NCBI RefSeq assembly: GCF_000430995.1
Contig: NZ_HF952018.1
Span: forward strand, 1,609,964 to 1,633,963
Reading direction: 5' to 3'
From: Thermobrachium celere DSM 8682
Lineage (GTDB): Bacteria; Bacillota; Clostridia; Clostridiales; Caloramatoraceae
DNA: 24,000 nucleotides
Positions 7,802 through 16,951 of this stretch are shown here, one piece after another. Position 1 is the first letter of the stretch; each line of letters starts with the position of its first letter. A program made the position numbers and the translations under genes. Under the pieces are notes generated by a model, which was not told the origin of the DNA, made no database searches, and worked only from the letters and a program-made list of their open reading frames with translations.

Positions 7802-8668
7802 TTAACTCCTTTTCAAATATATAATACTCATAACAACTATAACTATACCTATTATCTGTATTGGTTTAAGTACCTCGTTTAAAAATATAAAACCAAGCAC
7901 AGCAGAGGAAGGTATCTCAAGTGTACTTATTATTGAAGTGTTAACGGGACCTATATGTTTTATTGCTGCATATAAAAGAGTTAGGGGAATTATTTCACAA
8001 AACAGAGCCAAGTTTAATGCATTGTTAATTGATACAACATCTACATAAGGTAGTTTAAATATAAAGTTATGATTAAATACTAACAATACTATTAGTGAAA
8101 ATAATGTTGTGTAAAAAGTAATTACAAGCTCATTTACATCCTCAACAATCTCCTCTGCATATATGTTCATAGCTGAATAAAAAACAGCAGATAATAGACC
8201 GTATATAATACCTTTGTATATATCATAAGTTAATTCAATATTAAATAGATTCAAAACAAGTATACTACCTACAAACGCAAAAATTATAGATATTATTTTT
8301 TTATATCCAATTCTCACCCTTTTAAAAACAGAAGAATAAATCGCAACCATTGATGGATAGGTATAAAGAAGAAGGGTTGCCTCAGCTGCATTTAAATATT
8401 TAAAAGAAGTATAAAAAAATACAGTCATTAGGGTATTAAATATTGCACCCTGTATAAATAATTTTTTAAATAAACTTTTATTAAGTTTCAAAGATTCCCT
8501 ATATTTTAATAGACAAATAATAAATAGAATTACTCCTGCTATTATATATTGAAGCATTAATAGATCTACAGGTGAAAAATTGTTGCTATATCCCTCTTTA
8601 ACAAAAATACCGGCTGAACCAAATAGTACAGCCGAGACTATTGCATATATAAATCCCTTTGTCTTCAT
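7802..8668 (-). CDS. EamA/DMT-superfamily transporter (10 predicted TM segments)
   Basis: 288 aa and uniformly hydrophobic, with a two-fold EamA-like architecture. Its ATG is only 5 nt downstream of the activase stop, so it is probably co-transcribed. Confidence 0.75.
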   Translation of the reverse strand: MKTKGFIYAIVSAVLFGSAGIFVKEGYSNNFSPVDLLMLQYIIAGVILFIICLLKYRESLKLNKSLFKKLFIQGAIFNTLMTVFFYTSFKYLNAAEATLLLYTYPSMVAIYSSVFKRVRIGYKKIISIIFAFVGSILVLNLFNIELTYDIYKGIIYGLLSAVFYSAMNIYAEEIVEDVNELVITFYTTLFSLIVLLVFNHNFIFKLPYVDVVSINNALNLALFCEIIPLTLLYAAIKHIGPVNTSIISTLEIPSSAVLGFIFLNEVLKPIQIIGIVIVVMSIIYLKRS

Positions 8669-8673
8669 CTACA

Positions 8674-9513
8674 TCAGTCCTTTTTTATTGCTCTATCTTT
8701 AAGCACTTTATAAATTTCGTCATAAATTATATCATACTTTTGCCTGTTATATAAAGGTAAATTTTTAAAATATGTTTTAACTCCAAGTGGTCTAAAGGGT
8801 ATTAGTACAAGTCTAGTATAATCATTTAAGTTTTTTATAAGCTCTGCTAAATATTTAACCTGCTCTACACTATCGTTATATCCTTCTACTAAAACATATC
8901 TAACCTCATATAAAAGATCTGTTTTGGCAAGCAATTTTAAATTTTTAAGAACAGTTTCATTTGAAACCCCTGTTAGAAATCTATGAGTATTATCATCTAT
9001 TGCTTTAACATCCATCATAAATCCATCAACACATGAAATCAACCTATTTAAATCATTTTCATTTATAAGCCCATTTGTATCTATAAAGGCTGTAAGATTG
9101 CTTTTTTGTTTAACCTTCTCTACAACATCAACAATAAAATCTGTCTGAAGAGTACACTCTCCACCTGAAAAGGTTATACCATCTAAAAAAATTTCATTAT
9201 CAAGTATAATTTTAACAAGTTCATCCGACTGCATTTCAAAATATTTAGGAGAGGAAAATTCACTACATACCTCAAGACACCTATCACAGCCAATACACTT
9301 TTGCTTATTATAATTTATTTTACCTTCTTTTATACTCAAGGCTCCTTGGCTACAAACTTCTAAACATCTTCCACAATTAATACACATTCTTTGTGTCTCT
9401 GGATTATGACAATAAAGACAACCCATATTACATCCCTGCAAAAATATAGCCATTCTGTTTCCAGGTCCATCTATAAAACTATTTTCAATGATCTTATTTA
9501 TATACCCCTTCAT
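8674..9513 (-). CDS. yjjW: Glycyl-radical enzyme activating enzyme (radical SAM, YjjW-type)
   Basis: 279 aa. Radical SAM motif GCNMGCLYCHNPE (CX3CX2C). Two ferredoxin-like motifs follow: CINCGRCLEVC and CIGCDRCLEVC. The ATGA overlap with the upstream GRE gene is at 9510-9513. Confidence 0.85.
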   Translation of the reverse strand: MKGYINKIIENSFIDGPGNRMAIFLQGCNMGCLYCHNPETQRMCINCGRCLEVCSQGALSIKEGKINYNKQKCIGCDRCLEVCSEFSSPKYFEMQSDELVKIILDNEIFLDGITFSGGECTLQTDFIVDVVEKVKQKSNLTAFIDTNGLINENDLNRLISCVDGFMMDVKAIDDNTHRFLTGVSNETVLKNLKLLAKTDLLYEVRYVLVEGYNDSVEQVKYLAELIKNLNDYTRLVLIPFRPLGVKTYFKNLPLYNRQKYDIIYDEIYKVLKDRAIKKD

Positions 9514-10994
9514 TCAACCTCTCTAACCCTTCTATCTAATGTTTTATTATTCTTTATACTCTCTGCACCAAGCTTTACAGTATCTTCACGAAGCACTTCA
9601 CCGCGATTATACTTTTCTATATCACTTCTTTTAACAAGATATCCTGTTATTCTTATAAGCTCTGAATCACTTGTATTTAGAGCAAAAACTTTTATACCAC
9701 TCTTCATTGCTGCATCTATTATTTTCATAACTCCATCAACATTTTGCCTTGCAGTTTTGTCAAAGACATAGATATCGCTTACACCTGTATTGAAGTATTT
9801 ATGAAGCCTTCCTTCTGTTTTTATCTGATTATATATGCTTGGCTCATTACCTATTTTTATTCTAACTCCTGCAGTTACATCTATGTCAGAATCAATGCCT
9901 GATTGAGCATGAAAGCCTATTTTTCCGTCTGTTCCAAAGCATCCATATCCTTCATTGCTATCTATTACTTCCTTAATTTTATCTAAAATTTCTTCACCAT
10001 ATTTTAGCGCTTCTTCATCATGTCCAAGCTTAAGCCCTTTTAAAGTTTCAATACATTCATATAGACCAAATATACCTGCCATGGAAGTAAAGTTATTTAT
10101 ATCTATAAGCCCTTCTTTTGCAAGGAAGGATGTTTCAAAAAATTTTGCTTCTTCAACTATAAACTTTGCCCTAGCGTTTATTACTTCACAAAGAGAATCT
10201 ACTACATTTGGTAGAACATTGTCTATAAAATCTCTATAATCCTTTGCCTCCTGAGATGCCTTCTTTAAATTCAACCTTACTAATGTATAGCTTCCTCCAC
10301 CTATCTTTAGAGTATTATAACAGCTTGCAATTCCATAGTTTTCTCCTAGCAGATTCTTTATCTCCTCATGGTTTACAAAATATGGTTTACCAATCTCAAG
10401 TGCTACCTCTGCAGCGAATTTTGCAAAATCTAGAGGTGTTTCCTCCTTTGAATATTTAAGTGATATGTTTGGAACTGCCTTTTTAAGCTCTCTTTCTATT
10501 TCTAAAATAATCCTTCCTGCTCTTGTTTCCTTAGGACCTATATTCATGTGAACAAATGCATCGGGTAGAGTCTTTTCTATATTTATTAATAACATCTTAA
10601 TAAGGTTTCTAGCTTCTCCTTCTGAAACAGTATCTAAAAAGTTTTCAAGTATATAGTCAAGCTGTCCAACATAGACAGGGTATCCTGTTATAGATGGAAC
10701 ATATTGATATATAACCATAAGTGCATTAACCACTTCATACATATCCTTTGGAGGTTTTATTCCTAAATACTCACTTCCATTTTTTATATACTTCTCATAG
10801 TCTGGAAGTATATATCTTGGTCTATAAGGAGCATGGCCCTCAAATATATCGCATAAAATACCCTTTTTTAAGTGTTTTTCAGTCTTAACACTTAAATTTA
10901 CATAGCTTAAAGTATTCTCAGCAGCAAGCGCTAAAAGATGTCTTTTTTCCTTATAGTCTATGTTAGTGTTTGATATAATTTCAAAAACATTCAT
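9510..10994 (-). CDS. yjjI: YjjI-type (DUF3029-like) half-size glycyl-radical enzyme; substrate unknown
   Basis: 494 aa. The glycine-radical fingerprint R-I-T-G451-Y (codons at 9639-9653) sits 43 residues from the C-terminus. Paired and translationally coupled with a GRE activase. GAGGTG RBS at 11005-11000. Confidence 0.75.
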   Translation of the reverse strand: MNVFEIISNTNIDYKEKRHLLALAAENTLSYVNLSVKTEKHLKKGILCDIFEGHAPYRPRYILPDYEKYIKNGSEYLGIKPPKDMYEVVNALMVIYQYVPSITGYPVYVGQLDYILENFLDTVSEGEARNLIKMLLINIEKTLPDAFVHMNIGPKETRAGRIILEIERELKKAVPNISLKYSKEETPLDFAKFAAEVALEIGKPYFVNHEEIKNLLGENYGIASCYNTLKIGGGSYTLVRLNLKKASQEAKDYRDFIDNVLPNVVDSLCEVINARAKFIVEEAKFFETSFLAKEGLIDINNFTSMAGIFGLYECIETLKGLKLGHDEEALKYGEEILDKIKEVIDSNEGYGCFGTDGKIGFHAQSGIDSDIDVTAGVRIKIGNEPSIYNQIKTEGRLHKYFNTGVSDIYVFDKTARQNVDGVMKIIDAAMKSGIKVFALNTSDSELIRITGYLVKRSDIEKYNRGEVLREDTVKLGAESIKNNKTLDRRVREVE

Positions 10995-11011
10995 AAAATC
11001 ACCTCAATTTT

Positions 11012-11039
11012 AGTATACCACAGCCAAGTATTTTGTAAA
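11012..11039 (-). promoter_or_regulatory. Promoter of the GRE operon (extended -10)
   Basis: On the minus strand: -35 TTTACA (11039-11034), a 16-nt spacer, then TGg-TATACT (hexamer at 11017-11012). This leaves only about a 20-nt leader before the ATG, with no room for a riboswitch. Confidence 0.55.
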
Positions 11040-11047
11040 ATAAATAA

Positions 11048-11081
11048 TAGGTTACGTTAAGTTTAACTTAAACGTAACCTA
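11048..11081 (-). terminator. Intrinsic terminator downstream of ddl
   Basis: Arms TAGGTTACGTT(AAG) and (CTTAA)ACGTAACCTA give an 11-14 bp stem with one bulge. The minus-strand RNA continues with UUAUUUAUUUU. Confidence 0.75.
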
Positions 11082-11092
11082 TAAAATACACA

Positions 11093-11983
11093 TTACTTTG
11101 TAGATTTTTCAATTATAATATCTAGTAGCTGTGAAAAACTTATTCCTGCTGCCTTTGCACTCTTTGGGAATAGGCTGTTTCTTGTCATTCCTGGAAGCGT
11201 GTTAACCTCTAAAATGTATGGTACCCCTTCTTTTATAATCATATCCACTCTAGCATATACCCTGCATTTTAAAAGTTCATAAGTTTTAACAGCCATAAAT
11301 TCTATCTTTTGCTGAAGCTCCTTTTCAAATTCCACAACAAATTCATCTGCTCCACCATCTGCATATTTTGAAGTATAGTCAAAGAAAGCTGATTTTGGCT
11401 TTATTGCAAGTATTGGAAGCATCTTACCATCAAGTATTGGGCAAGTTATCTCATCACCCTTAATATATTCTTCTATCATAACTTCTGTATCATATTTAAG
11501 GGCCTCTTCAACTGCCTCCATAAGTTCTTTATCGTTATTAACTATCCTTGTTGCAACACTTGAACCACCTGAATTTGGCTTTACAACAACAGGATATCCT
11601 ATTTTGTTTACCTCATTAATATCAAAATTTAAATCCCTAACTACTATCCAATTAGCAGTATTTAGTCCACCAAATCTTAATATTCTCTTTGTCATATCTT
11701 TATCCATACAAACTGCACTAGATAGTACTCCACATCCTGAATAAGGTATATTTAAAGTTTCAAGAACACCCTGTACTGTTCCATCCTCTCCAAAGTGTCC
11801 ATGAAGAGCTATAAATGCAAAGTCTATTCCCTTAACCTTTTCTATAAGCTCTTCCTTTTTATCTATTTGAATTGGTATAACTTCATATTTTGACTTATCT
11901 AGATTATTTACTATTTCCATTCCTGTTTTTAGTGATATTTCTCTTTCTGTAGATATTCCACCCATTATTACTCCAATTTTCAT
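11093..11983 (-). CDS. ddl: D-alanine--D-alanine ligase
   Basis: 296 aa with an ATP-grasp fold. N-terminal [21 protein letters not shown]. Contains [12 protein letters not shown]. The omega-loop FFDYTSKY retains the Tyr equivalent to the E. coli DdlB FYDYEAKY motif, which marks the dipeptide-forming rather than the depsipeptide-forming type. GGAGGG RBS. Confidence 0.9.
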   Translation of the reverse strand: MKIGVIMGGISTEREISLKTGMEIVNNLDKSKYEVIPIQIDKKEELIEKVKGIDFAFIALHGHFGEDGTVQGVLETLNIPYSGCGVLSSAVCMDKDMTKRILRFGGLNTANWIVVRDLNFDINEVNKIGYPVVVKPNSGGSSVATRIVNNDKELMEAVEEALKYDTEVMIEEYIKGDEITCPILDGKMLPILAIKPKSAFFDYTSKYADGGADEFVVEFEKELQQKIEFMAVKTYELLKCRVYARVDMIIKEGVPYILEVNTLPGMTRNSLFPKSAKAAGISFSQLLDIIIEKSTK

Positions 11984-13425
11984 TCTAATCCCTCCATTTT
12001 TTTTACTACATCTCCTATTATTTTAAAACCTCTCTCTATTTCCTCGTTTGTTACCCTCGATATTCCAAGCCTTAATGTATTTTTTCCCTTTTCATCTATA
12101 TAGAATATATCCCCTGGAGTAAATATTACATTTTTCTTTAGACATTCCTTCAACACATCCCTTGAAGATGCTCTATTTAGCTCCAAAAATAGATGCAATC
12201 CTCCCTCGCCTAATATTCTTTTATGAGGAATATACTTTTTGGCACATTCAAGTGCCCACTCAAACTTATCTCTGTAAATCCTCTTTACTTTATTAATATA
12301 CTTTTCAAGATTTCCACCATTTAAATATTCGTATAATATAGCTTGATCTAAAAAGGATGTGTGTATATTAAGGCTTCTTTTTAAACTTTCAATATAGTTT
12401 ATTAATTCTTCATCTGCCAGTATCCATCCTATCCTTAATCCTGGGAAGAGTACCTTTGAAAAACTACTTATATATATTATGCTATTTCCTTCATCAAGTG
12501 CAGCAAGTGGTAGTATATGGGAACTATAATATCTTAGCTCCTCATTAAATCCATCCTCTATTATAGGAATTTTATACATTCTTGTAATATCAAGTATCTT
12601 AAGCCTATTTTCTGGTGAAAAAACAACTCCTGTAGGATTATGATAGGATGGTGTTAAGTATAAAAATTTAGGATTTGATTTTTTAATTTTTTCTTCTAGC
12701 ATATCTGTATTAAGCCCATAATCCTCAATATCAATAGGCCTTAAATTTAATCCCTTTAACTTCATTATATTTATTGCTGTGCTATGGGTTGGATTTTCAC
12801 AAAGCACTACATCATCTTTTTCAACAACAGCATTTAAAACTAAATTTAATGCTTCTGTATAACCATTTGTAATTAAAACATCCTTCCCATCTAGGGATAT
12901 CCCCTTTAACTTTAAGTATTTTTTTATTTCATCTATAAGAGGCCTATAACCCTTTGCATAACCGTAGTTTAATATTTTTCCTTCTTCTATTGAAATTCTA
13001 CTTAAAAAGGCTCTCTTTAGCTCATCTATATCAAATATATTAGGATCTGGGGATATGCTTTTAAAAGAAATCATCCCCTTTTCCCATCTTGCTTCATGTT
13101 TTGTAATATCAAGCTTATCCGAAAGTATGGCTAAGTTTGTTACCCTTTCTCTCCAATTAATTCTATAGGATTTTTTCTCATGCTTTTGTATTTTAGAGAC
13201 AAAATAACCCTTTGCCTTCCTCTGATATATAAATCCCTCATCTTCTAAATAATTATAGGCCTCAATGATTGTATTTCTTGAAACACCTAAAATCTTTGAA
13301 AGTTCCCTTGTAGACGGCAATCTTGTATCAGCCTGTATTATTCCTTTTAATATAAGCTCCTTAACATAATCTTTAACCTGAAGATAATAGGGCTTATCTT
13401 CATTTAACTTAAAATCATCAAACAT
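11980..13425 (-). CDS. MocR/GabR-type regulator (GntR wHTH fused to a fold-type-I PLP aminotransferase-like domain)
   Basis: 481 aa. N-terminal GntR HTH ([29 protein letters not shown]). C-terminal aminotransferase-like domain with an SFSK lysine motif ([17 protein letters not shown]). Its stop overlaps the ddl start (ATGA at 11980-11983). Confidence 0.85.
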   Translation of the reverse strand: MFDDFKLNEDKPYYLQVKDYVKELILKGIIQADTRLPSTRELSKILGVSRNTIIEAYNYLEDEGFIYQRKAKGYFVSKIQKHEKKSYRINWRERVTNLAILSDKLDITKHEARWEKGMISFKSISPDPNIFDIDELKRAFLSRISIEEGKILNYGYAKGYRPLIDEIKKYLKLKGISLDGKDVLITNGYTEALNLVLNAVVEKDDVVLCENPTHSTAINIMKLKGLNLRPIDIEDYGLNTDMLEEKIKKSNPKFLYLTPSYHNPTGVVFSPENRLKILDITRMYKIPIIEDGFNEELRYYSSHILPLAALDEGNSIIYISSFSKVLFPGLRIGWILADEELINYIESLKRSLNIHTSFLDQAILYEYLNGGNLEKYINKVKRIYRDKFEWALECAKKYIPHKRILGEGGLHLFLELNRASSRDVLKECLKKNVIFTPGDIFYIDEKGKNTLRLGISRVTNEEIERGFKIIGDVVKKMEGLE

Positions 13426-13472
13426 ACACTATCACCTAATTATATTGTGGCATATTTAAAACAAAAAATAAA

Positions 13473-13509
13473 GGACCACAGAATATATTTGTTTTATATT
13501 CTGTGGTCC
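13473..13509 (-). terminator. Intrinsic terminator downstream of nhaC
   Basis: A perfect 15-bp stem, GGACCACAGAATATA (13473-13487) with TATATTCTGTGGTCC (13495-13509). The minus-strand RNA continues with UUUAUUUUUUGUUUU. Confidence 0.85.
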
Positions 13510-13518
13510 CAAAATACA

Positions 13519-14925
13519 TTATACAGTTACTGTTTCTGTTTTAACATTATCTATCTTTTCCATAGTTATTCCTGTATATCCATAGAATATTGAAACAAGT
13601 GGATTAATTAGATTTAAGAATGCATATGGTAGGTATGCAAATGGATGTACTCCTAATGTACTGTACATAAATGCTCCACATGTATTCCATGGAACAAGTG
13701 GTGATGTTAATGTTCCTGAATCTTCTAGGCATCTTGATAGATTCTTTGGATGTAGTCCTTTTTTATCAAATGCATTCTTATACATTCTTCCTGGTATAAC
13801 AATTGATAGATATTGGTCTCCTGAAACAAAGTTAGTAAATATACATGAAATTATTGTTACTAGAACTAAGGAACCTGTGCTATCTGAGAATGAAAGCAGT
13901 CCTTCTGCAAGCACTTCAAGGAATCCTGCCTTTTCCATTATACCTCCAAATGTCATAGCACAAAGAATAAGTGATACTGTATACATCATGCTTTGAAGAC
14001 CACCACGAGTAAGAAGCTTATCCACTATTTCAAAACCTGTTTCTGACACATAACCATCATTTAATACATTTATAATTGTACCAATTGATTGATGTTGGAA
14101 TACTGCTGCAAATACTGCACCTAAAAGTGTTCCAGTAAATAATCCTGGTATTGCTGGAACCTTCTTAACAACCATTATAATAACAATAATTGGTGGAATA
14201 AGTAGCCATAAACTTATTGAGAATTGATTTGAAAGTGCATCTAATATTTGATTTATTTTTCCATAATCAAGTTCCTTACCTGCATACTTAGCACCCAATA
14301 TTCCATATAAAACAAGTGATATAAGTAAGCTTGGACCAGTTGTATATATCATGTGTCTTACATGGTCAAATAATGTAGCTCCTGCCATTGCTGGTGCAAG
14401 GTTTGTTGTATCTGAAAGTGGTGACATCTTGTCTCCAAAGTATGCACCAGATATAATCGCACCCGCAACCATTGGTAGTGGAATTCCAAGTCCTTGTCCA
14501 ACTCCAAGAAGTGCTATACCTACCGTACCTGCTGTTGTCCATGAACTACCTGTTGCAAGTGAAACTATACAACATATTATTGTTGTTGCAACTAAGAATA
14601 TACCTGGTGATAAAATCTTTAAACCATAATAAATCATTGCTGGAACAGTACCTGATATTATCCATGCACCTATTACTGTTCCTATAATCATAAGAATGAT
14701 GATTGCTTGCATTGACATTGAAATAGTATCTATAATTCCCTTTTCTAAGTCTTGCCACTTGTAGCCAACTTTAATTGCCATAAGTCCTGCAACTAATGCA
14801 GCAAATACAAGTGGAATGTGTGGGCTTCCCTGAAATTTAATGATTGTAACTGAAAGAAACACCACTAAAGCAATAACTGGAATTAACGCCTCCCAAACAG
14901 CAGGCCTTCTTGGAATGTTTGACAT
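13519..14925 (-). CDS. nhaC: NhaC-family Na+/H+ antiporter
   Basis: 468 aa with roughly 11-12 TM segments. Composition and motifs (GSSWTTAGTVGIALLGVG, DSGTLTSPLVPWNTCG) are typical of the NhaC family. Confidence 0.85.
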   Translation of the reverse strand: MSNIPRRPAVWEALIPVIALVVFLSVTIIKFQGSPHIPLVFAALVAGLMAIKVGYKWQDLEKGIIDTISMSMQAIIILMIIGTVIGAWIISGTVPAMIYYGLKILSPGIFLVATTIICCIVSLATGSSWTTAGTVGIALLGVGQGLGIPLPMVAGAIISGAYFGDKMSPLSDTTNLAPAMAGATLFDHVRHMIYTTGPSLLISLVLYGILGAKYAGKELDYGKINQILDALSNQFSISLWLLIPPIIVIIMVVKKVPAIPGLFTGTLLGAVFAAVFQHQSIGTIINVLNDGYVSETGFEIVDKLLTRGGLQSMMYTVSLILCAMTFGGIMEKAGFLEVLAEGLLSFSDSTGSLVLVTIISCIFTNFVSGDQYLSIVIPGRMYKNAFDKKGLHPKNLSRCLEDSGTLTSPLVPWNTCGAFMYSTLGVHPFAYLPYAFLNLINPLVSIFYGYTGITMEKIDNVKTETVTV

Positions 14926-15111
14926 ATGTTACCCCCATCCTTTCAATAAGGTTTATTTTAATATAATTTTAACATCATAATTATACACCCGCAAGAATTT
15001 TTGAAATATTCTTAAAATATAACAATTCGATAAAATACGACACATAAAATGCAAATACTTTTGCATATTTTAACAATTTAATATTTTATCATACTAAACT
15101 GTACTTTTAAG

Positions 15112-15140
15112 ATTATACTATCAATCTTATAATTATGCAA
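15112..15140 (-). promoter_or_regulatory. Candidate sigma-A promoter for nhaC, implying a leader of about 180 nt
   Basis: On the minus strand: -35 TTGCAT (15140-15135), an exact 17-nt spacer, then -10 TATAAT (15117-15112). Confidence 0.45.
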
Positions 15141-15264
15141 TACCTTTTATAAAATTAATTTTGTTAAATAATTGACTCTAAATATTAATTAAACATATTA
15201 TTTTATTCAATTGGTTAACATAATAATAGAAATTTTTTCTAATAAAAATTTAGGGAGGTATTAT

Positions 15265-15489
15265 ATGAATAGACATGTTATTGATTTGCTATCACTTATT
15301 GCTGTTGTTGTAGGAGGTGTAAACTTAGGACTTACTGCACTTTTAGGATATGACCCTCTTGCAACTATACTTGGTGGATATACAACTTATTATACAAAGG
15401 TTGCATACATAATAATTGGAGCTGCTTCTCTTTGGACATTTTATGCATACCTTTTAACCCCAGGAGAACAAGAAGTGTCACCTAGGTGA
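15265..15489 (+). CDS. DUF378-family small membrane protein (74 aa)
   Basis: MNRHVIDLLSLIAVVVGGVNLGLTALLGYDPLATILGG... carries the G-x-N-x-GL...D-x-x-A-x-x-x-GG signature of DUF378. GGGAGG (15254-15259) precedes the ATG at 15265. The longer start in the ORF track (15211) has no RBS. Confidence 0.7.
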   Translation: MNRHVIDLLSLIAVVVGGVNLGLTALLGYDPLATILGGYTTYYTKVAYIIIGAASLWTFYAYLLTPGEQEVSPR

Positions 15490-15495
15490 CACTTC
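15472..15495. terminator. Bidirectional terminator hairpin shared by the convergent DUF378 gene and pyrE
   Basis: A perfect 10-bp stem, GAAGTGTCAC (15472-15481), CTAG loop, GTGACACTTC (15486-15495). The plus strand continues CTATTTTCT and the minus strand continues TTGTTCTCC. The stem lies inside the last six sense codons of the DUF378 gene and its stop codon. Confidence 0.65.
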
Positions 15496-16044
15496 CTATT
15501 TTCTACTTCCTGGCTTTATATATGGAATTCCTTCTTTACATAATGGACAACTTTCTGGATCATAGGTTTCTAAATCAATCTTTAGGGCACTAAACACTTT
15601 GTATCCTATATCTCCTACTGTTCTATCAACAAGACATGCTATTCCAACAACCTCTCCTCCACATTCCTTTACAACCTCTGCAACCTCTAAGGATGACTTT
15701 CCTGTTGTAACTACATCCTCTGCTATTAGTACCCTTTCTCCCTCCTTTATTTCAAATCCCCTTCTTAGATTCATAACCCCATCTTCTCTCTCTGTAAAAA
15801 TTGCTCTTTTATTTAGCTGCCTTCCTATTTCATAGGCTACTATTATTCCTCCCATTGCAGGACCTACCACAACATCTATATCTAAATCCTTTATCTTTTC
15901 AACAACTTCCTTTACAACAATCTCTGCCTTATCTGGATACATAAGTACCTTTGCACACTGCATATATCTATTGCTGTGTCTTCCTGATGATAGTAAAAAG
16001 TGTCCCTCTAATATTGCCTCTGTCTCTTTAAATATGTTAATCAT
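15496..16044 (-). CDS. pyrE: Orotate phosphoribosyltransferase
   Basis: 182 aa. Contains [14 protein letters not shown] and the PRPP-binding motif [13 protein letters not shown]. Confidence 0.92.
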   Translation of the reverse strand: MINIFKETEAILEGHFLLSSGRHSNRYMQCAKVLMYPDKAEIVVKEVVEKIKDLDIDVVVGPAMGGIIVAYEIGRQLNKRAIFTEREDGVMNLRRGFEIKEGERVLIAEDVVTTGKSSLEVAEVVKECGGEVVGIACLVDRTVGDIGYKVFSALKIDLETYDPESCPLCKEGIPYIKPGSRK

Positions 16045-16054
16045 AATCTCCCTC

Positions 16055-16951
16055 CTATACTATTCCTCTTATCTCATCTAAGGATTTTATATTTTCCCTT
16101 TCCATAAACCTTTCAATTCCTTCAATTATTTCAATACTTGCCCTTGGGTTCATAAAGTTTGCTGTACCTATTTGTATAAGATGTGCACCTGCCATAATAA
16201 ATTCTACTGCATCTTTATAATCAATAATTCCACCTAGTCCACATACAGGCACATCAACTGCCTTTGAAACCTCATATACCATCCTTAGTGCAATTGGCTT
16301 TATTGCTGGGCCTGATAAACCTGCAAAAGTGTTGTTAAAAACAGGCCTTCTTTTATATATGTCTATTGCCATTCCCTTAAAGGTGTTTACTAATGATATA
16401 GCATCTGCTCCAGCCTCGACACACTTTACAGCCATATCAACAATATCCTCTGCATTAGGAGATAGTTTAACCATAAGAGGCTTCTTAGTTGAAGCCCTTA
16501 CAGATTTTACAACCTCCTTTGCAACGCTGGATTTTATTCCAAAATTCATACCACCCTCTTTTACATTAGGGCAGGATATATTAAGCTCAATCATATCTAT
16601 ATCTGTCTTGTCTAACCTTTCTGCTCCCTTTACATAATCCTCTATAGATGAGCCTCCTAAATTTGCTATTATTGGAACACCATATTTCTTCATCCCCTCA
16701 AGGTATTTTTCTATGAACTCATCTATTCCAGGATTTTGAAGTCCTATGCTGTTTAACATTCCTCCCCTTACCTCGTGTATCCTTATTCCTTCGTTTCCTT
16801 CCTTCTTATTTAGTGTAAGTCCCTTTGTAATAAGACCTCCAAGCCTTGATACATCTATGATTTTTTCATACTCCATTCCAAAGCCAAATGTTCCTGATGC
16901 CACAAGTACAGGGTTTTTAAAGTCTATTCCACAAAACTTTACATCAAGCAC
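16055..16951 (-). CDS. pyrD: Dihydroorotate dehydrogenase B, catalytic subunit
   Basis: 298 aa. Contains [22 protein letters not shown] and a class 1B DHOD TIM-barrel. An 8-nt overlap with pyrK. Confidence 0.92.
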   Translation of the reverse strand: MLDVKFCGIDFKNPVLVASGTFGFGMEYEKIIDVSRLGGLITKGLTLNKKEGNEGIRIHEVRGGMLNSIGLQNPGIDEFIEKYLEGMKKYGVPIIANLGGSSIEDYVKGAERLDKTDIDMIELNISCPNVKEGGMNFGIKSSVAKEVVKSVRASTKKPLMVKLSPNAEDIVDMAVKCVEAGADAISLVNTFKGMAIDIYKRRPVFNNTFAGLSGPAIKPIALRMVYEVSKAVDVPVCGLGGIIDYKDAVEFIMAGAHLIQIGTANFMNPRASIEIIEGIERFMERENIKSLDEIRGIV

